From positions 96,001-160,000 of the forward strand of contig CBDCKN010000015.1 of the NCBI GenBank assembly GCA_965218295.1: DNA of 64,000 bases, given 5' to 3'. Within the stretch, counting starts at the first letter, position 1, and each line of letters begins with the position of its first letter. Below the pieces are notes generated by a model that saw only the letters and a list, made by a program, of their open reading frames with translations, ran no database searches and had not been told where the DNA came from. Positions 19,736 to 30,803 of this stretch are shown piece by piece. Made by a program: the position numbers and the translations under genes. The stretch comes from Longimicrobiales bacterium (GTDB lineage: Bacteria > Gemmatimonadota > Gemmatimonadetes > Longimicrobiales > Gaopeijiaceae).

Positions 19736-22402
19736 ATGTCCGCCCCAAGCCGACTGCGCGCCTACCGGCTGCTGCTGCACCTCTTTCCCCGGGATTTCCG
19801 CAAGACGCGGGGTGGGGAGTTGGAGCGGCTGTTCCTGGATATGTGCGCTGAATGGGAGGAGGAGAGGGGGGAGTTGGGGTTTCGCTTCTGGGTATCCCTT
19901 GCTTGGGATACGCAGCGGGAAGCGCTCGGCGAGTGGTTCTCCCTGTCTCGTGACGCAATCGAGTCCACCATGACCCAGAGCCTTGGAGAGCACATGTCCG
20001 CGCTCATTGGAGACATCCGCTACGCAGTCCGCCAGCTCGTGCGACAACCGCTATACGGCGTCATGGTGGTCGTGCTGATGACACTCGGCATCGCCGGGAA
20101 TACGGCCATGTTCAGGGTCTTCAACGGGCTCTTCCTGCGGCCTCTCCCGTTCGAGGACGCGGAACAAGCTCGTCGACCTGGACGAGACCGCTCCGCACTG
20201 GGACCTCGAGTTCCTGAGCATCGCGTACCGCGACTTCGCAGCGTGGCGAGACCACAACAGCACGTTCCAGTCGATGGCTGTCTACCATTTCGGCGGCGGC
20301 AACCTCGTGATGGACGGCTCGGCAGAGCGAGTGACCTACCTGGCCTCAACGCACACCATGGACGATGTGCTGGGCATACAGCCCACCCTCGGTCGTTTCT
20401 TCGGTCCGGAGGAGGATCAGCCGGACGGGCCGAGGGCGATGCTCCTCTCGCAGGGGTTCTGGGAGCAGGAGTTCGGCGCCGATCCAGGTGTGCTGGGCAG
20501 CACCGTGTCACTGAGTGGATTCCCTATTGAGATCATCGGGGTGCTGCCTCCCGAGGCCGGCTTCGTTGCCGAGGTCGATGTATGGCTCCCACTGCGGCAG
20601 ACGGAGACGGAATTCGATGGTTGGGGCCTCGACGGCATCGGACGCCTGCGGCCGGACGCGACCATCGAGCAGGCCCGTGCCGACCTCCTTACGATTCACA
20701 AGGGCTTGATAGACCAATTCGAAGTCAACGAGATCTCGTCCCCCGTAATCAACTCGCTTCGGGATCGTTACCTCGGTGACTACCGCCTCGGCTCAGGTTT
20801 CCTGCTCGGAGCCGTCGGTATCGTTCTTCTCATCGCCTGCGCGAACATCGCCGGCCTCATGACAGCCCGAGCGATGGCGCGGGGGCCCGAGATGGCGGTG
20901 CGGCTCGCGATGGGGGCTCCCCGGCTTCGGATCATACGGCAGCTGCTGACCGAGAGCTTCGTACTCGCATCGGTGGGGGCCGTGATCGGATCGGCCCTCG
21001 GGATCTGGGGCTCCAGGGCGCTCGTCGAACCGATGGCCGATCAGTTCCCGCTCTGGATCAGCTTCGATCTCGACCACCGTTTTCTGTTGTTCACACTGGC
21101 CGTCACGGTCGGAGCGGCCCTTCTGTTCGGATTCGCTCCAGCTCTCAGTACGTCAGCCAACCGGGACGCGGTGTGGAGCGCCAGTCGGTCCACCGCCACC
21201 ACGAGTCGCCGACGTGGAATGAACCTTCTCGTCATGGGCGAAGTCGCTCTCGCACTGACCCTGCTCGTCGTGGGCGGCCTGAGCATGCTCGATGTCAGCC
21301 GCTTGGGGCAGATCGACCCGGGCTTTCAGGCGGATGGCCTCATCGCGTACCGCCTCGCCCTGCCCTCGACCCGCTACCAAGACGCCGAAGCCCGTTTGGC
21401 CTTTGTCGATGACTATATCCCGCGACTCGAGGCCATCCCCGGGGTGGAATCCGCCGCGGTCGCCACCGCCCTTCCGCTCTCGGGCCACTGGGGCTGGTTC
21501 TACCAGGCTGAGGGAGCGCCCCGTCGGGCCGAAGACGAGGCAAACCCGGTGGTTCTGAACCGCGTCGTGACGCCGGGCTACTTCGAGACCCTCGACATCC
21601 GCTTGCCGCCGGGCGTCCCTTCAATTCGTTCGACGGTCGCGAGGAGGGCAGCCAGGCAATCATCGTCAACGAGACGTTCGTTCGGACGCACCTCTCGCAC
21701 CTGAGTAACCCGATCGGAGCACGGGTGACACCGGGAACCGACGCGCCCAGCGAGGACGCGACGTGGATGACCGTGGTCGGCGTGACTCGCGACGTGAAGC
21801 ACTACGGAGTCGATCAGGAGATGCGACCGGGCGTCTACCAACCGCTCCGGCAACTCCCCAGGAGTGGCTTTCAGGTGGCGCTCCGCACACGCGGCGAAGC
21901 GAGCTCTCTCGTCTCGGCTGCCCGCGGCGTGACGGCCCAGCTGGACGTCGAGCTACCGGTCTACAACGTGCAGACCATGACCGAGGAGCTCGACGAGGCT
22001 CTCTGGACCCGGCGGGCCACGTCGTGGCTCATCGCGACCTTTTCCACCGTGGCGCTGCTCCTGGCGGTCGCCGGCATCTACGGCGTGATTTCGTACAGCG
22101 TCGGGGAGCGCAGACAGGAGATCAGCATCCGGATGGCTATGGGTGCACAGAAGCGGCAGGTCCTCGGGCAGATCGTGCGACAGGGCATGTCCCTGGTCGC
22201 CGTTGGTGTGATGTTTGGCTTGGCCCTGTCCATGGCGGGCGCCGGCCTGATCTCCGGGATCCTGGTCGGCGTCAGTGCCACCGATCCGGCCGTCTACGCC
22301 GGAGTCACCGCGCTGCTGGTGTCCGTGGCCGCCCTCGCCAACTACCTGCCGGCCCGGAGGGCAGCCGCACTCGATCCGATGGAGGCACTGAGGGGCGAAT
22401 AG
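19736..22402 (+). pseudogene. ADOP-type (MacB/FtsX-like duplicated) ABC permease, frameshifts near 20166 and 21600
   Basis: DIRYAVRQL, LLIACANIAGL, EMAVRLAMGA, GIYGVISYSV, PARRAAALDPMEALRGE across three frames; directly after padR. Confidence 0.85.
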
Positions 22403-22549
22403 CAGCTCCGCGCCGGTTCCTCCTCGTTGACACGCGGTCGGCCTGATTCCAACATCCGGTGACCGGTACGTGTCCTCGTTGCGGTCATAGGTAACTTCCG
22501 TCGGTGCACACCGAATCACACCCTACCTCCGAAACCTGAGTCGATCGAC

Positions 22550-24877
22550 ATGGCGCGGACCCAGGTTCGAGATCCGGCACAGGGACTTGTAGCAACAGCA
22601 CTCCTTTTCGTGTTCTTGACGGACCCCATAGCGGCCCAGAACCCCGTCAACGGGGTGAGCGACGTCGAGCCTGTCGATCTCATCGCGCTTCGACTCGAGA
22701 GCGGCGCCGGCATCGACGTGGACGGGCGCCTCGACGAGGAAGTGTGGGAGCGGGCCATCCCCATCACGGACTTCACCCAGCAGGAGCCCGTGGAGGGCGG
22801 GACGCCGTCGGAGCGGACGGAGATCCGGGTCGTCTACGACGAGGATGCGATCTACATCGGAGCCATCCTCTACGATGATCCCGAGGGGATCCTGGCGTTC
22901 CAGAAGCGACGGGACGGCTTCCTGAGCACCGACGACCGTTTCATGTGGATTCTGGACACCTTCCGGGACGGTCGCACCGGCTACTTCTTCGAGACCAATG
23001 CCACAGGGGTGATGGGCGATGCCCTGATCGCTGGGGGGAGCCGCGGTCGCAGGGGCGGGGGCTTCGGCGGTGGTGGCTTCGGCGGGGGTAGCGGCGGCCG
23101 GGCGTGGGACGGAATCTGGCAGGTCAAGACGTTTATTCGACCCGACGGCTGGTCGTTGGAGATCCAGATCCCCTTCCGCACGCTGAACTTCGACCCGGCC
23201 TCGGACACCTGGGGAATCAACTTCCAGCGCACGATCCGCCGCAAGAACGAGGAGATCCTCTGGCGAGGGTATCGGCGCAACCAGAGCCTCCGCCAACCCG
23301 TACACGCCGGCCGGCTCACCGGCCTCCGGGGAATGTCGCAGGGAGTCGGACTCGAGGCGGTTCCCTACGCGGTAACGAACTGGAGGAACGTGCCGGAAGA
23401 GGCCGACCCGACCACGTACCCGAGCGACGTCGGTCTCGACATCAACTACAACGTCACGCCGAGCTTGAGGGCCGGGGTGAGCGTGAACACCGACTTCGCA
23501 GAGGCGGAGGTCGACCAGCGGCGCCTCAACCTCACTCGCTTTCCACTCCGCTTCCCGGAGCGGCGCGACTTCTTCCTCGAGGGATCGGGCGTCTTCACCT
23601 TCGCGCCGAGCAACGGGGCCGAGCCCTACTTCAGCCGGCGTATCGGACTGCTCGAGGGCGAGCAGATCCCGCTCAACTACGCGGCCAGGCTCGGGGGCCA
23701 GGCCGGCAGATACGAGCTCGGATTCATCCACGTGAACACGGCGGAGCTCGAGTCTGTGGATGTGGACGGCGGCACCTTCGCCGGGGAGCAGTTCACGGTG
23801 GCCCGGGTCAAGCGGGGCATCTTCGAGCAATCGACCATCGGCGCCATCTACACGCGTCGCTCCACCGGTGCCGACCCCACCGATCCAACGGCGCTGGCCC
23901 CCGAGGACCGGCACACGGTCGGGGCCGACCTCTACTACACCACCTCTCGGCTCTTCGGCCAAAAGAACTTCACCTTCCAGGCGTTCTCCGCCTGGAACTC
24001 CAATCCGGACCGGGACGTCGAGCGCTCGCTGTCGGATCTCTCCGCCCGCGGCATCCGGATGAGCTACCCCAACGACATCTGGTCGGCGCACATCTCCTAC
24101 CGTGAGTTCGGAGACGACTACAGCCCCGCCGTGGGGTTCGTCACCCGGAACGGCTTCCGCCGCGTCGAGCCCAGGATTGGTTGGCGACCGAGGCCTGACA
24201 TCGACTGGATCCGCAGGCTCGACTTTTCGGTGCAGTTCCGGCACCTGGAGGACATCGACACCGGCATCGCCGAAGAGCGGCAGTGGCGCTTCAAGGTCTT
24301 CGGCGTCGATCTCGAGAGCCAGGACAACTTCGACATCGACCTCCAGCGCCAGTTCGAGTACCTCGACAACGAGTTCGAGATCAGCGACGGAATCTTCATC
24401 GAAGAGGGCAACTACACGAACTGGGAGTGGACGTTCATGGCTCGAGCGGCGAGCCGCCGAGTCGTCTCCGGGAGGGTCGAGGTCCGCCGAGGCGGCTTTT
24501 GGAGCGGAGACCGGACCCAGTTGGAGATCGGCCTGGACCTGCGACCGTCGCCCGGGATCCTCCTCTCGGTCGACGTCGAGAACAACAACGTGGATCTACC
24601 CCAGGGATCGTTCGACGCGAACCTCTTCCGGGTGGCCGGCGAGTGGAACATCACTCCCCTTGCGTCCGTCACGGGCAACATCCAATACGATGACGTCACC
24701 GAAGTCGTGGGGCTCTTCATGCGGACGCGGTGGATCCTCGCGCCCGGGAATGAGTTCTTCCTCGTGTTCACGCAGAACTGGCAGAACCTGGGTGCCGGGC
24801 TGTTCGACGAGGACCGCGAGTTCCTGACCCTCTCCCGGGGCGCGAGCATGAAGCTGAACTACACGTATCGGCTCTAG
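22550..24877 (+). CDS. DUF5916 / CBM9-like outer membrane protein
   Basis: Signal peptide; VDGRLDE, EIQIPFRTL, NTDFAEAEVD, FPERRDFFLE; ends KLNYTYRL. Confidence 0.82.
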   Translation: MARTQVRDPAQGLVATALLFVFLTDPIAAQNPVNGVSDVEPVDLIALRLESGAGIDVDGRLDEEVWERAIPITDFTQQEPVEGGTPSERTEIRVVYDEDAIYIGAILYDDPEGILAFQKRRDGFLSTDDRFMWILDTFRDGRTGYFFETNATGVMGDALIAGGSRGRRGGGFGGGGFGGGSGGRAWDGIWQVKTFIRPDGWSLEIQIPFRTLNFDPASDTWGINFQRTIRRKNEEILWRGYRRNQSLRQPVHAGRLTGLRGMSQGVGLEAVPYAVTNWRNVPEEADPTTYPSDVGLDINYNVTPSLRAGVSVNTDFAEAEVDQRRLNLTRFPLRFPERRDFFLEGSGVFTFAPSNGAEPYFSRRIGLLEGEQIPLNYAARLGGQAGRYELGFIHVNTAELESVDVDGGTFAGEQFTVARVKRGIFEQSTIGAIYTRRSTGADPTDPTALAPEDRHTVGADLYYTTSRLFGQKNFTFQAFSAWNSNPDRDVERSLSDLSARGIRMSYPNDIWSAHISYREFGDDYSPAVGFVTRNGFRRVEPRIGWRPRPDIDWIRRLDFSVQFRHLEDIDTGIAEERQWRFKVFGVDLESQDNFDIDLQRQFEYLDNEFEISDGIFIEEGNYTNWEWTFMARAASRRVVSGRVEVRRGGFWSGDRTQLEIGLDLRPSPGILLSVDVENNNVDLPQGSFDANLFRVAGEWNITPLASVTGNIQYDDVTEVVGLFMRTRWILAPGNEFFLVFTQNWQNLGAGLFDEDREFLTLSRGASMKLNYTYRL

Positions 24878-25103
24878 GGAAGAGCCGGGGCCGGCGCCCC
24901 GCCAAGGGTCGAACCGGCCGGCGAGACGAGCGTGTCCGGAGTCGAGCAGAGCGCAGGCCCGCGGCCGGCGTCGTCGTCAAGCGGAACGCTGCACCGACTC
25001 GCACGATCTGAAACCGGTACTTTAGATTATCCGTAGGGCCCGACACGTCATGGACGACTCCCGTCGAGAGTGGACCGATCGTGTACAGCTGGAGGATGAA
25101 CGG

Positions 25104-25310
25104 ATGAGGGCGCTCGCGCCGGTGGCGCTTACCGGCCTCTTGACTCTGATCTTGTTGGAGATCCTCAAGATCATCATGGAGCCCGTAGTGGCGTGGCTCC
25201 TGGGAATGCTTGTCCTCGGCCTCAAGATCTCGCTGGCCCTGATCGCCCTAGGCGGAGGGGTCTACCTGGTCAGGCGCTACTACCGGTCCCGCAACGAAGC
25301 GGAGGCCTGA
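25104..25310 (+). CDS. Small membrane protein, hypothetical
   Basis: GGAGG RBS; 68 aa with two hydrophobic helices and a basic tail. Confidence 0.6.
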   Translation: MRALAPVALTGLLTLILLEILKIIMEPVVAWLLGMLVLGLKISLALIALGGGVYLVRRYYRSRNEAEA

Positions 25311-25697
25311 CTCGCAGCGCGGCCCTCGCTGTCGAGCCTCGCCACCGCACGCAGGCCGCCCTTCCCCGCCGTCAGACTCGACGGGCCGACGGTCACCCCT
25401 CGCCCTTCACCTCCTCCTCAGCGAGAACGTGCAGACGAACCGATTCTCCGCAGTCTGCTCGTTGAGGTGTACGAAGACCGAGACGGTCTTCTCCCGTGGG
25501 CCGGGGGAGCGCGTCGACTCGCGCGTCCCACGTAGAAGTTCGTATCATCAATCCGATCCGGAGGCAACAGCGGTTCGTCACGCTTCGTGACCGCTAGGAT
25601 CTGATGAGAGAAGTACTGAAGGCGATCCGGACCGTGTCGGATAGCCGGTAGCCAAGCCGGCGGTCTAGAGGTTTGTGGCCATGAGCGCTGAGGCGGC

Positions 25698-26600
25698 ATG
25701 GACGTAATAACGCACGCGATGATTGGATTGGTGCTGGCGAGCCCGGTAGCGCCCACTCATCCGGAGGCCGCCGCCACGTTCATGCTGGGGTCCGTGCTGC
25801 CCGACCTCGACGCCACGAGCCGACTCTTCGGCAAACGCGCCTTCCTCCGGGCACATCAAACGTACACCCACTCGACGCCGGTTATTGTCGCCATTGGCGT
25901 CGCAGCCGGAGCCGCCCTCGCCGCTACCGGCGTTCGAGCACCCTACGCGCCCCTCGCTCTCGTGCTGGCCATGCTCCTTCACAGCTACATGGACGTGACG
26001 AATACGTACGGGATCACCGTGCTGGCCCCGTTCTCTCACCGCCGCTCGTCCTTGGATTGGGTCTTCTTCATCGACGCGTTCGTACTCGCCGTCTCGATCC
26101 CCGCAGCCGGATACGTGGCCTTGATGTGGTATCGAGGCCATGATGTGACCTGGCCGTTGCCCATGGCCTACGCGACCATCCTCGCCATCTACTGGCTGGC
26201 CAGGGCCTTGATCCGCGGCCGCGCCGGTCGGCTCGCCCCGGCCGGAACCGTCGCGCTGGTTCCCAGCGCTCTCCTCCCTTGGAAATTCCTCGGCACGGCC
26301 GAAGAGGGAGCCATGGTGCGACTCTTCAGGCTGGATGCCCGCTCGGGCGAGCTCACGGAGGAGCGGAGGCATGAGGTTCTCGACGACGCCTGGTCCCCCG
26401 TCCTGCAGGAGCTACCCGAATACCGACTGATGCGGAGCCTGTCAGCCGCCTATCATGTCGTCGAGGCGACGTCAGGGCCGGACGGGACGGAGGTTCTCTG
26501 TAGGGACCTGCGCACGCGGAACTTCGGCGGACGGTTCGGCGAGCTCTGGGTGTTGGTGGCACCGGACAGGACCGTCCTTCGAGCCGACTTCAACGTTTAA
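25698..26600 (+). CDS. Membrane-bound metal-dependent hydrolase (YdjM-like)
   Basis: MDVITH, LPDLD, HQTYTHS, HSYMDVTNTYG. Confidence 0.8.
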   Translation: MDVITHAMIGLVLASPVAPTHPEAAATFMLGSVLPDLDATSRLFGKRAFLRAHQTYTHSTPVIVAIGVAAGAALAATGVRAPYAPLALVLAMLLHSYMDVTNTYGITVLAPFSHRRSSLDWVFFIDAFVLAVSIPAAGYVALMWYRGHDVTWPLPMAYATILAIYWLARALIRGRAGRLAPAGTVALVPSALLPWKFLGTAEEGAMVRLFRLDARSGELTEERRHEVLDDAWSPVLQELPEYRLMRSLSAAYHVVEATSGPDGTEVLCRDLRTRNFGGRFGELWVLVAPDRTVLRADFNV

Positions 26601-26611
26601 CGACAAGACTC

Positions 26612-27046
26612 ATGAAGGCGCGCACGTGCGGGTTCCGCTTCTCTGCAACCGATGGCGTCTTCATCGTGGGGCTAGCCATCGCCGGCTGGCTCCTCAAAGA
26701 TCTCCTCGGCCCCATGGTGGGAGTCTTCATCGTCGTCCCCGTTCACTTCTTCCTCTTCTGCAACGTCTTCCGCATTAGACGGGCCTTCGAGTTGACTTGG
26801 ACGGGGACCTTCCTGGTGCTGTTGGTCGGCTGGATCTTCACGGGAGACATCGATTGGTGGCGGATCATGGCCATTTTGACCCCTCTGACGCTGGGCCTCA
26901 TCGGCGTGGAGATGCGGAGCCCCGGGTATCACGGCATCCTATGCCGACGCATCAACGCCGATCACATCGACGAGTGGCTTTCCGAGCGGGCACCTCCCGC
27001 ACTCGGTCGGCGAAGCGCCGGCCCAGCCCGATCCGGAAGCCGCTAG
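26612..27046 (+). CDS. Hypothetical membrane protein
   Basis: Four hydrophobic segments; HFFLFCNVFRIRR and YHG motifs; co-oriented with the hydrolase. Confidence 0.6.
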   Translation: MKARTCGFRFSATDGVFIVGLAIAGWLLKDLLGPMVGVFIVVPVHFFLFCNVFRIRRAFELTWTGTFLVLLVGWIFTGDIDWWRIMAILTPLTLGLIGVEMRSPGYHGILCRRINADHIDEWLSERAPPALGRRSAGPARSGSR

Positions 27047-28197
27047 TCCTCCACAGCCAAGCCGATCTCCTCGAGTACCACCGGATCCGATTGTTCAGCA
27101 CGCGCGGACGAGAGAGCAGCGAGAGCGGCCGGAGTGCCCACGCACCCCAACGCCCACGCCGCATGTCCACGAACCAAGGGTGCCGGATCCGAGAGCCCGG
27201 CAACTAGCACCGGCACCGCCTCCTCCGCCCCCCAGTTCCCCAACGCCACGCAGACGTTGCGGAGCAACCCTGCCCTCCTCGCCCGCTTGATCGGCGATCC
27301 CCGGAACAGCTCACGGAAGCCCTCATCGTCGACCGCTAGCAACCGCTCCGCCAGCTCAACCAGCTCGGGCCCATCCAGCCCTTCCCTCGCCCGGTAGGCC
27401 GGCTCCGGCCCGACCTCCGCAAACTTCTCGTTCCACGGGCACACCTCCTGGCAGATGTCACACCCGTACACGCGGTTCCCCATGAGAGGCCGGAGCTCCA
27501 TGGGTATGGGTCCACGGTGCTCGATGGTCAGGTAGGAGATGCAGCGCCGGGCGTCCATGACGGGGGCACCGTCCGCGTCGCGACCAAGGAGCGCTCCGGT
27601 GGGGCAGGCGTCCAGACAGCTCCGGCACGTCCCGCAGTGGTCTTCCGTAAAGGGCTCGTCCGTCTCGAGCTCCAGATCGAGGAGCAGGATTCCCAGGAAG
27701 AAGTACGAGCCCCGCTTGGGATCGATGAGCATGGTGTTCTTCCCGAACCAGCCTAGCCCAGCCCGCGTCGCGAGCTCCCTTTCGAGGATCGGCCCCGTAT
27801 CCACGTACGCTCGACCCACGACGGGGCCCCCAGCCCGCGACTCGATCCACCGGTGGAGCTTCAGCAGCCGCTTCTTGATGACGTTGTGGTAATCCCGTCC
27901 CCGGGCGTAGCGGGCCACCACGGCCCTGGCGGGGTCGTCAGGCACGCCCGACGGATCCTCCTGGTAGTAGTCGTGACCTACCACCACCGCTGCCTTGAGG
28001 GACGGCAACGTCCGCTCGAGATCAGCGCGGCGAGCTACGGCATCCTCCCGGGACAGGTAGCCCATGTCGCCGTGGACTCCGTCCCCGATCCAAGCCCGGT
28101 ACAGGTCCATGTGCACGCTCGGCTCCACCGAGGCGACCCCCACGAGGTCGAAGCCCAGATCCCGGGCCTGCTCCTTGATCTCGGCGGCGAGCGTCAT
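27043..28197 (-). CDS. queG: tRNA epoxyqueuosine(34) reductase
   Basis: YARGRDYH, VDTGPILER, CGTCRSCLDACPT, CISYLTIE, GCDICQEVCPWN; HEAT-like tail. Confidence 0.96.
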   Translation of the reverse strand: MTLAAEIKEQARDLGFDLVGVASVEPSVHMDLYRAWIGDGVHGDMGYLSREDAVARRADLERTLPSLKAAVVVGHDYYQEDPSGVPDDPARAVVARYARGRDYHNVIKKRLLKLHRWIESRAGGPVVGRAYVDTGPILERELATRAGLGWFGKNTMLIDPKRGSYFFLGILLLDLELETDEPFTEDHCGTCRSCLDACPTGALLGRDADGAPVMDARRCISYLTIEHRGPIPMELRPLMGNRVYGCDICQEVCPWNEKFAEVGPEPAYRAREGLDGPELVELAERLLAVDDEGFRELFRGSPIKRARRAGLLRNVCVALGNWGAEEAVPVLVAGLSDPAPLVRGHAAWALGCVGTPAALAALSSARAEQSDPVVLEEIGLAVED

Positions 28198-28261
28198 GGG
28201 CAGCGCTGCAGCGCTTCGAGACCCCTAATGCCGTACTCATGTCCGCACACACCAGCCGCCG

Positions 28262-29404
28262 TCACGTGCCGTACTCCCGGCCCTTCCACTCGATACGGCT
28301 TCCCCTGGCCCAGCTCCGTACGAAGATGTAGCCCGCCACGACGGCTCCCAGCGGATAGAGGAGTCCGTACCAGGGCGGGGCGCCGATCCACCACTTGGCG
28401 GCAGCCCAAAAGACGGCGCTGGCTCCCGTGACCCAGGCAGCCCAGACGCCCCATCCAGCCGGCGCGATCCCACCGGCACCGAGAACGGCCAGCACCGGCG
28501 GCATGATCCACAGAATCCCACCTGAGATCAGCGATAGCCACATTACCGGAGTCCTCGACCACGGCGGCACCGAGTGACGCGCCCCGGTGGCCAGGTTCTT
28601 GGACCAACCTTCGATCAGCTCGCCCAGCGATCGGTACATCCGGGTGGCGAACACGGTCGAGCCCTCCCGAACCGTGAGCTTCTTGCCAGAGCGGCACAGT
28701 AGCTGGGCTAGGCGTTGATCCTCAGTCACGTCGTTCTTCACCGCAGTGTGACCACCCAGCTCCTCGTACACCGGCCTGCGGAAAAGGATGTACTGGCCGT
28801 TGGCGATCGCCCCCCGCCAGCGCCTGGGTTCACAGGGCCGTCGCATGTTCGAGAAACGCAGGAACATCGACAGCATGACCTGGGGCTGCACCAGTCGCTC
28901 CCAGAGCGTCTCCATGAGCTGGCGCCCCATGACCGTGAGCGCATCGGCATGGTCCTCCTCCAACCCCGCCACGGCCATCCCCATCAGCGACGGGCCGTGA
29001 ACCGTGTCGGCATCGGTGAAGAGCAGCAGATCGCCCTGGGCCTCTTGTGCGCCTTGGGCGCACGCCCACGGCTTTCCGAACCACCCGTCGGGCAGCTCGG
29101 CCCCTTCTACGACGAAGACCCTCCGAGCCCGGTTGGGAGCGATGTTCCGCGCCACCTCGGCGGTGCCATCGTCACTCCGATCATCCACCACGACTACCTC
29201 GAAGGCGGGGTAGTCCGAGGCGCAGATGGACTCCACGCAGTCGCGCAGGCTGCGCTCTTCGTTCCGTGCCGGGACCACCACGCTCACCACGGGAACATCG
29301 CTCGTGACAGCGCCTGCCGCGGCAAGAGGACGTGGCGGGCGCACCCTGATGGCCAGGTATACGATCAGGGCAATCCAGGGTGCGGAAGCATACAAGAAGG
29401 GCAC
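28262..29404 (-). CDS. Glycosyltransferase family 2 (membrane; CrtQ/CruC-like)
   Basis: VPARNEE, DDRSDDGT, GWFGKPWAC, FTDADT, ANGQY, TED; C-terminal WKGR. Confidence 0.88.
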   Translation of the reverse strand: MPFLYASAPWIALIVYLAIRVRPPRPLAAAGAVTSDVPVVSVVVPARNEERSLRDCVESICASDYPAFEVVVVDDRSDDGTAEVARNIAPNRARRVFVVEGAELPDGWFGKPWACAQGAQEAQGDLLLFTDADTVHGPSLMGMAVAGLEEDHADALTVMGRQLMETLWERLVQPQVMLSMFLRFSNMRRPCEPRRWRGAIANGQYILFRRPVYEELGGHTAVKNDVTEDQRLAQLLCRSGKKLTVREGSTVFATRMYRSLGELIEGWSKNLATGARHSVPPWSRTPVMWLSLISGGILWIMPPVLAVLGAGGIAPAGWGVWAAWVTGASAVFWAAAKWWIGAPPWYGLLYPLGAVVAGYIFVRSWARGSRIEWKGREYGT

Positions 29405-29494
29405 GGGCGTTGATCCAGGATGCCGGAAGTGGTAGACCTATCCTTTCGTGCCCCGAGTCTCACAGCAAGAGCGGAAGGACCCCGAAGACAGCCC

Positions 29495-30622
29495 ATGGAC
29501 GTCACCAGCGTGCGAGCAGAGTTCCCGATCCTCCAGCGCAAGATCTATCTGAACTCATGCTCCTTGGGCGCTCTGTCCCTCCGTGCTATGGCGTATCTGG
29601 AGAGCTTCCAGGAGCTCTGGCACGAGCTCGGGGCCTCGGCCTGGTACGGCCCCTGGCGGGAGAAGCTCGAGGATCTGCGGAGCCGCGTGGCCCGCTTCCT
29701 GGGAGCCGCGCCGGAGCAGCTCGCCCTACTCCCCTCCACATCCGCCGCACTCTCCGTCATCGCTGAGAGCGTCGAGTACAGCCGGCGGAACCGCGTGGTC
29801 TGCACAGAGCTCGACTTCCCCACCCTGGCCTACCAGTGGGCCGTGAAGCCCGACGTGGAGCTCGTGGTCCTCCCCAGCCACGATGGAGTGCGGGTCGATC
29901 CGGAGCAGTTCGCCGAAGCCGTCGACGATCGCACCGCTTTCCTGGCGACCAGCCACGTGCTCTACACCACAGGCTACATCCAGGACCTGGATGCGCTGGC
30001 CGACATAGCGCACCGAGCGGGAGCGTTCTTCCTCGTCGACGGCTATCAGGGCCCCGGCCAGATCCCGGTGGATCTGGGTGCCGGCAAGGCCGACTTCTAC
30101 ACGTCAGGCTCCCTCAAATGGCTCTGCGGGGGCCCCGGCCTCTCCTACCTCTACGTCCGCGACGAGCTCGTCCGGCAGCTCCAGCCTCGCATCACCAGCT
30201 GGTTCGCGGCGAGAGACCAGTTCAACTTCGACCTCGAGAACTTCGAGCCCCACGACGACGCCCGCCGCTTCGAGCTGGGCACCCCCGCACTGCCGACGGT
30301 TCACACCGCCTTGGGCGGGCAGGAGATCATCGACGAGCTGGGGATCGAAACCATCCGGGATCAGAACCGCGCCCTGACCGAGCATCTTGTGGAGCGAGCC
30401 CAGGAGTCGGGCTTCCGGCTGACCATCGCTCCCGATCCGGCTGACCGCTCCGCCATCGTCATGATCCAGCATGAAGATCCGCCGGGGGCCGTGGAGTACC
30501 TTGCAGAGAGAGGGATCATCGTGGACCACCGTCCGGGTCACGTCCGTGTGAGTCCCCACTTCTACAACACGATCGACGAGATCGATCAGTGCGTCGAGAC
30601 TCTGACCGAATTCACGAGGTGA
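29495..30622 (+). CDS. Aminotransferase class V (kynureninase/cysteine desulfurase-like)
   Basis: YLNSCSLG, DFPT, DGYQ, GSLKWLCGGPG (PLP Lys), RVSPHFYN. Confidence 0.88.
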   Translation: MDVTSVRAEFPILQRKIYLNSCSLGALSLRAMAYLESFQELWHELGASAWYGPWREKLEDLRSRVARFLGAAPEQLALLPSTSAALSVIAESVEYSRRNRVVCTELDFPTLAYQWAVKPDVELVVLPSHDGVRVDPEQFAEAVDDRTAFLATSHVLYTTGYIQDLDALADIAHRAGAFFLVDGYQGPGQIPVDLGAGKADFYTSGSLKWLCGGPGLSYLYVRDELVRQLQPRITSWFAARDQFNFDLENFEPHDDARRFELGTPALPTVHTALGGQEIIDELGIETIRDQNRALTEHLVERAQESGFRLTIAPDPADRSAIVMIQHEDPPGAVEYLAERGIIVDHRPGHVRVSPHFYNTIDEIDQCVETLTEFTR

Positions 30623-30803
30623 CCGCCATGTCCATCCTGATATCCACTCTGGCGGCTGGTCCTCGCCTCTCCGATGAAGCCGTGCGGCCCTTCCTGCCCG
30701 TACACGTCCTGGTAGTGATGGCGGCCATCTCAGTGGCCCTCGTGACGCCATACGTAGAAGACGGCCGCTGGCTCTGTATCCATGGTCACTACACGCTGGT
30801 GCC

